DNA of 62,102 nucleotides, counting the filler, from Asterionella formosa (taxonomy: Eukaryota): NCBI GenBank assembly GCA_002256025.1. It is 19 parts of 19 records of this genome, joined end to end, with 100 filler letters (N's around TTAATTAATTAA, not from the genome) between each part and the next. Parts side by side here need not be neighbours in the genome. Positions count along the whole stretch, not along the records: positions 58,938 to 62,102 come from NKIB01014407.1; 18 more parts are not named here. One strand, given 5' to 3'. Below the pieces are notes generated by a model, which was not told the DNA's origin, made no database searches, and worked only from the letters and a program-made list of their open reading frames with translations. A program made the translations under genes and the position numbers. Shown here in pieces: positions 62,045 to 62,102 of this stretch. Positions within the stretch are counted from its first letter, which is position 1; each line of letters opens with the position of its first letter.

Positions 62045-62102
62045 CTTAGAAGCGCAAAAATATTTGAGAGACAGGTGTGGGTAAGCAACAGCAAAAAAGT
62101 CA

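Noticed and set aside
1..62102. Multi-gene system linking kinase, Crinkler, LRR and ankyrin loci
   Set aside because: They lie on unlinked size-sorted contigs, so co-occurrence here shows only genome-wide abundance.

Overview
This is not one locus. It is 19 unlinked contigs of about 3.17-3.18 kb, joined by artificial 100-nt spacers (N44-TTAATTAATTAA-N44), so no synteny can be read across spacers. The source is a eukaryote, most likely a diatom: short GT-AG introns, a PGRL1 gene, a protein with a bipartite plastid presequence, and CoDi-like Copia and Ambal-like non-LTR elements. Apparently intact or contig-truncated genes: RPL12, F-box/WD40/RanBP2-ZnF, class-II-like HDAC, LRR-pseudokinase-ARM, Miro, DUF493, INSIG-like/DnaJ-ZnF, App1-like HAD phosphatase, PfkB kinase, PHD-PWWP and P5 ATPase. 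Much of the rest is decayed mobile DNA (Ambal RT and RNase H, Plavaka-like, Copia, pogo-like, a MITE), pseudogenes and tandem arrays. Most notable: an immunity-like LRR + Pelle/IRAK-type pseudokinase + recently expanded ARM array; a Crinkler-type Ubl-NTPase-REase pseudogene carrying a locally copied insertion; a PGRL1 copy broken by a Copia LTR; two abutting ~190-bp arrays apparently derived from an ankyrin pseudogene; and dispersed GTAC/CCWGG palindromes upstream of genes. Family calls come from motif recognition by eye; no database searches were run.
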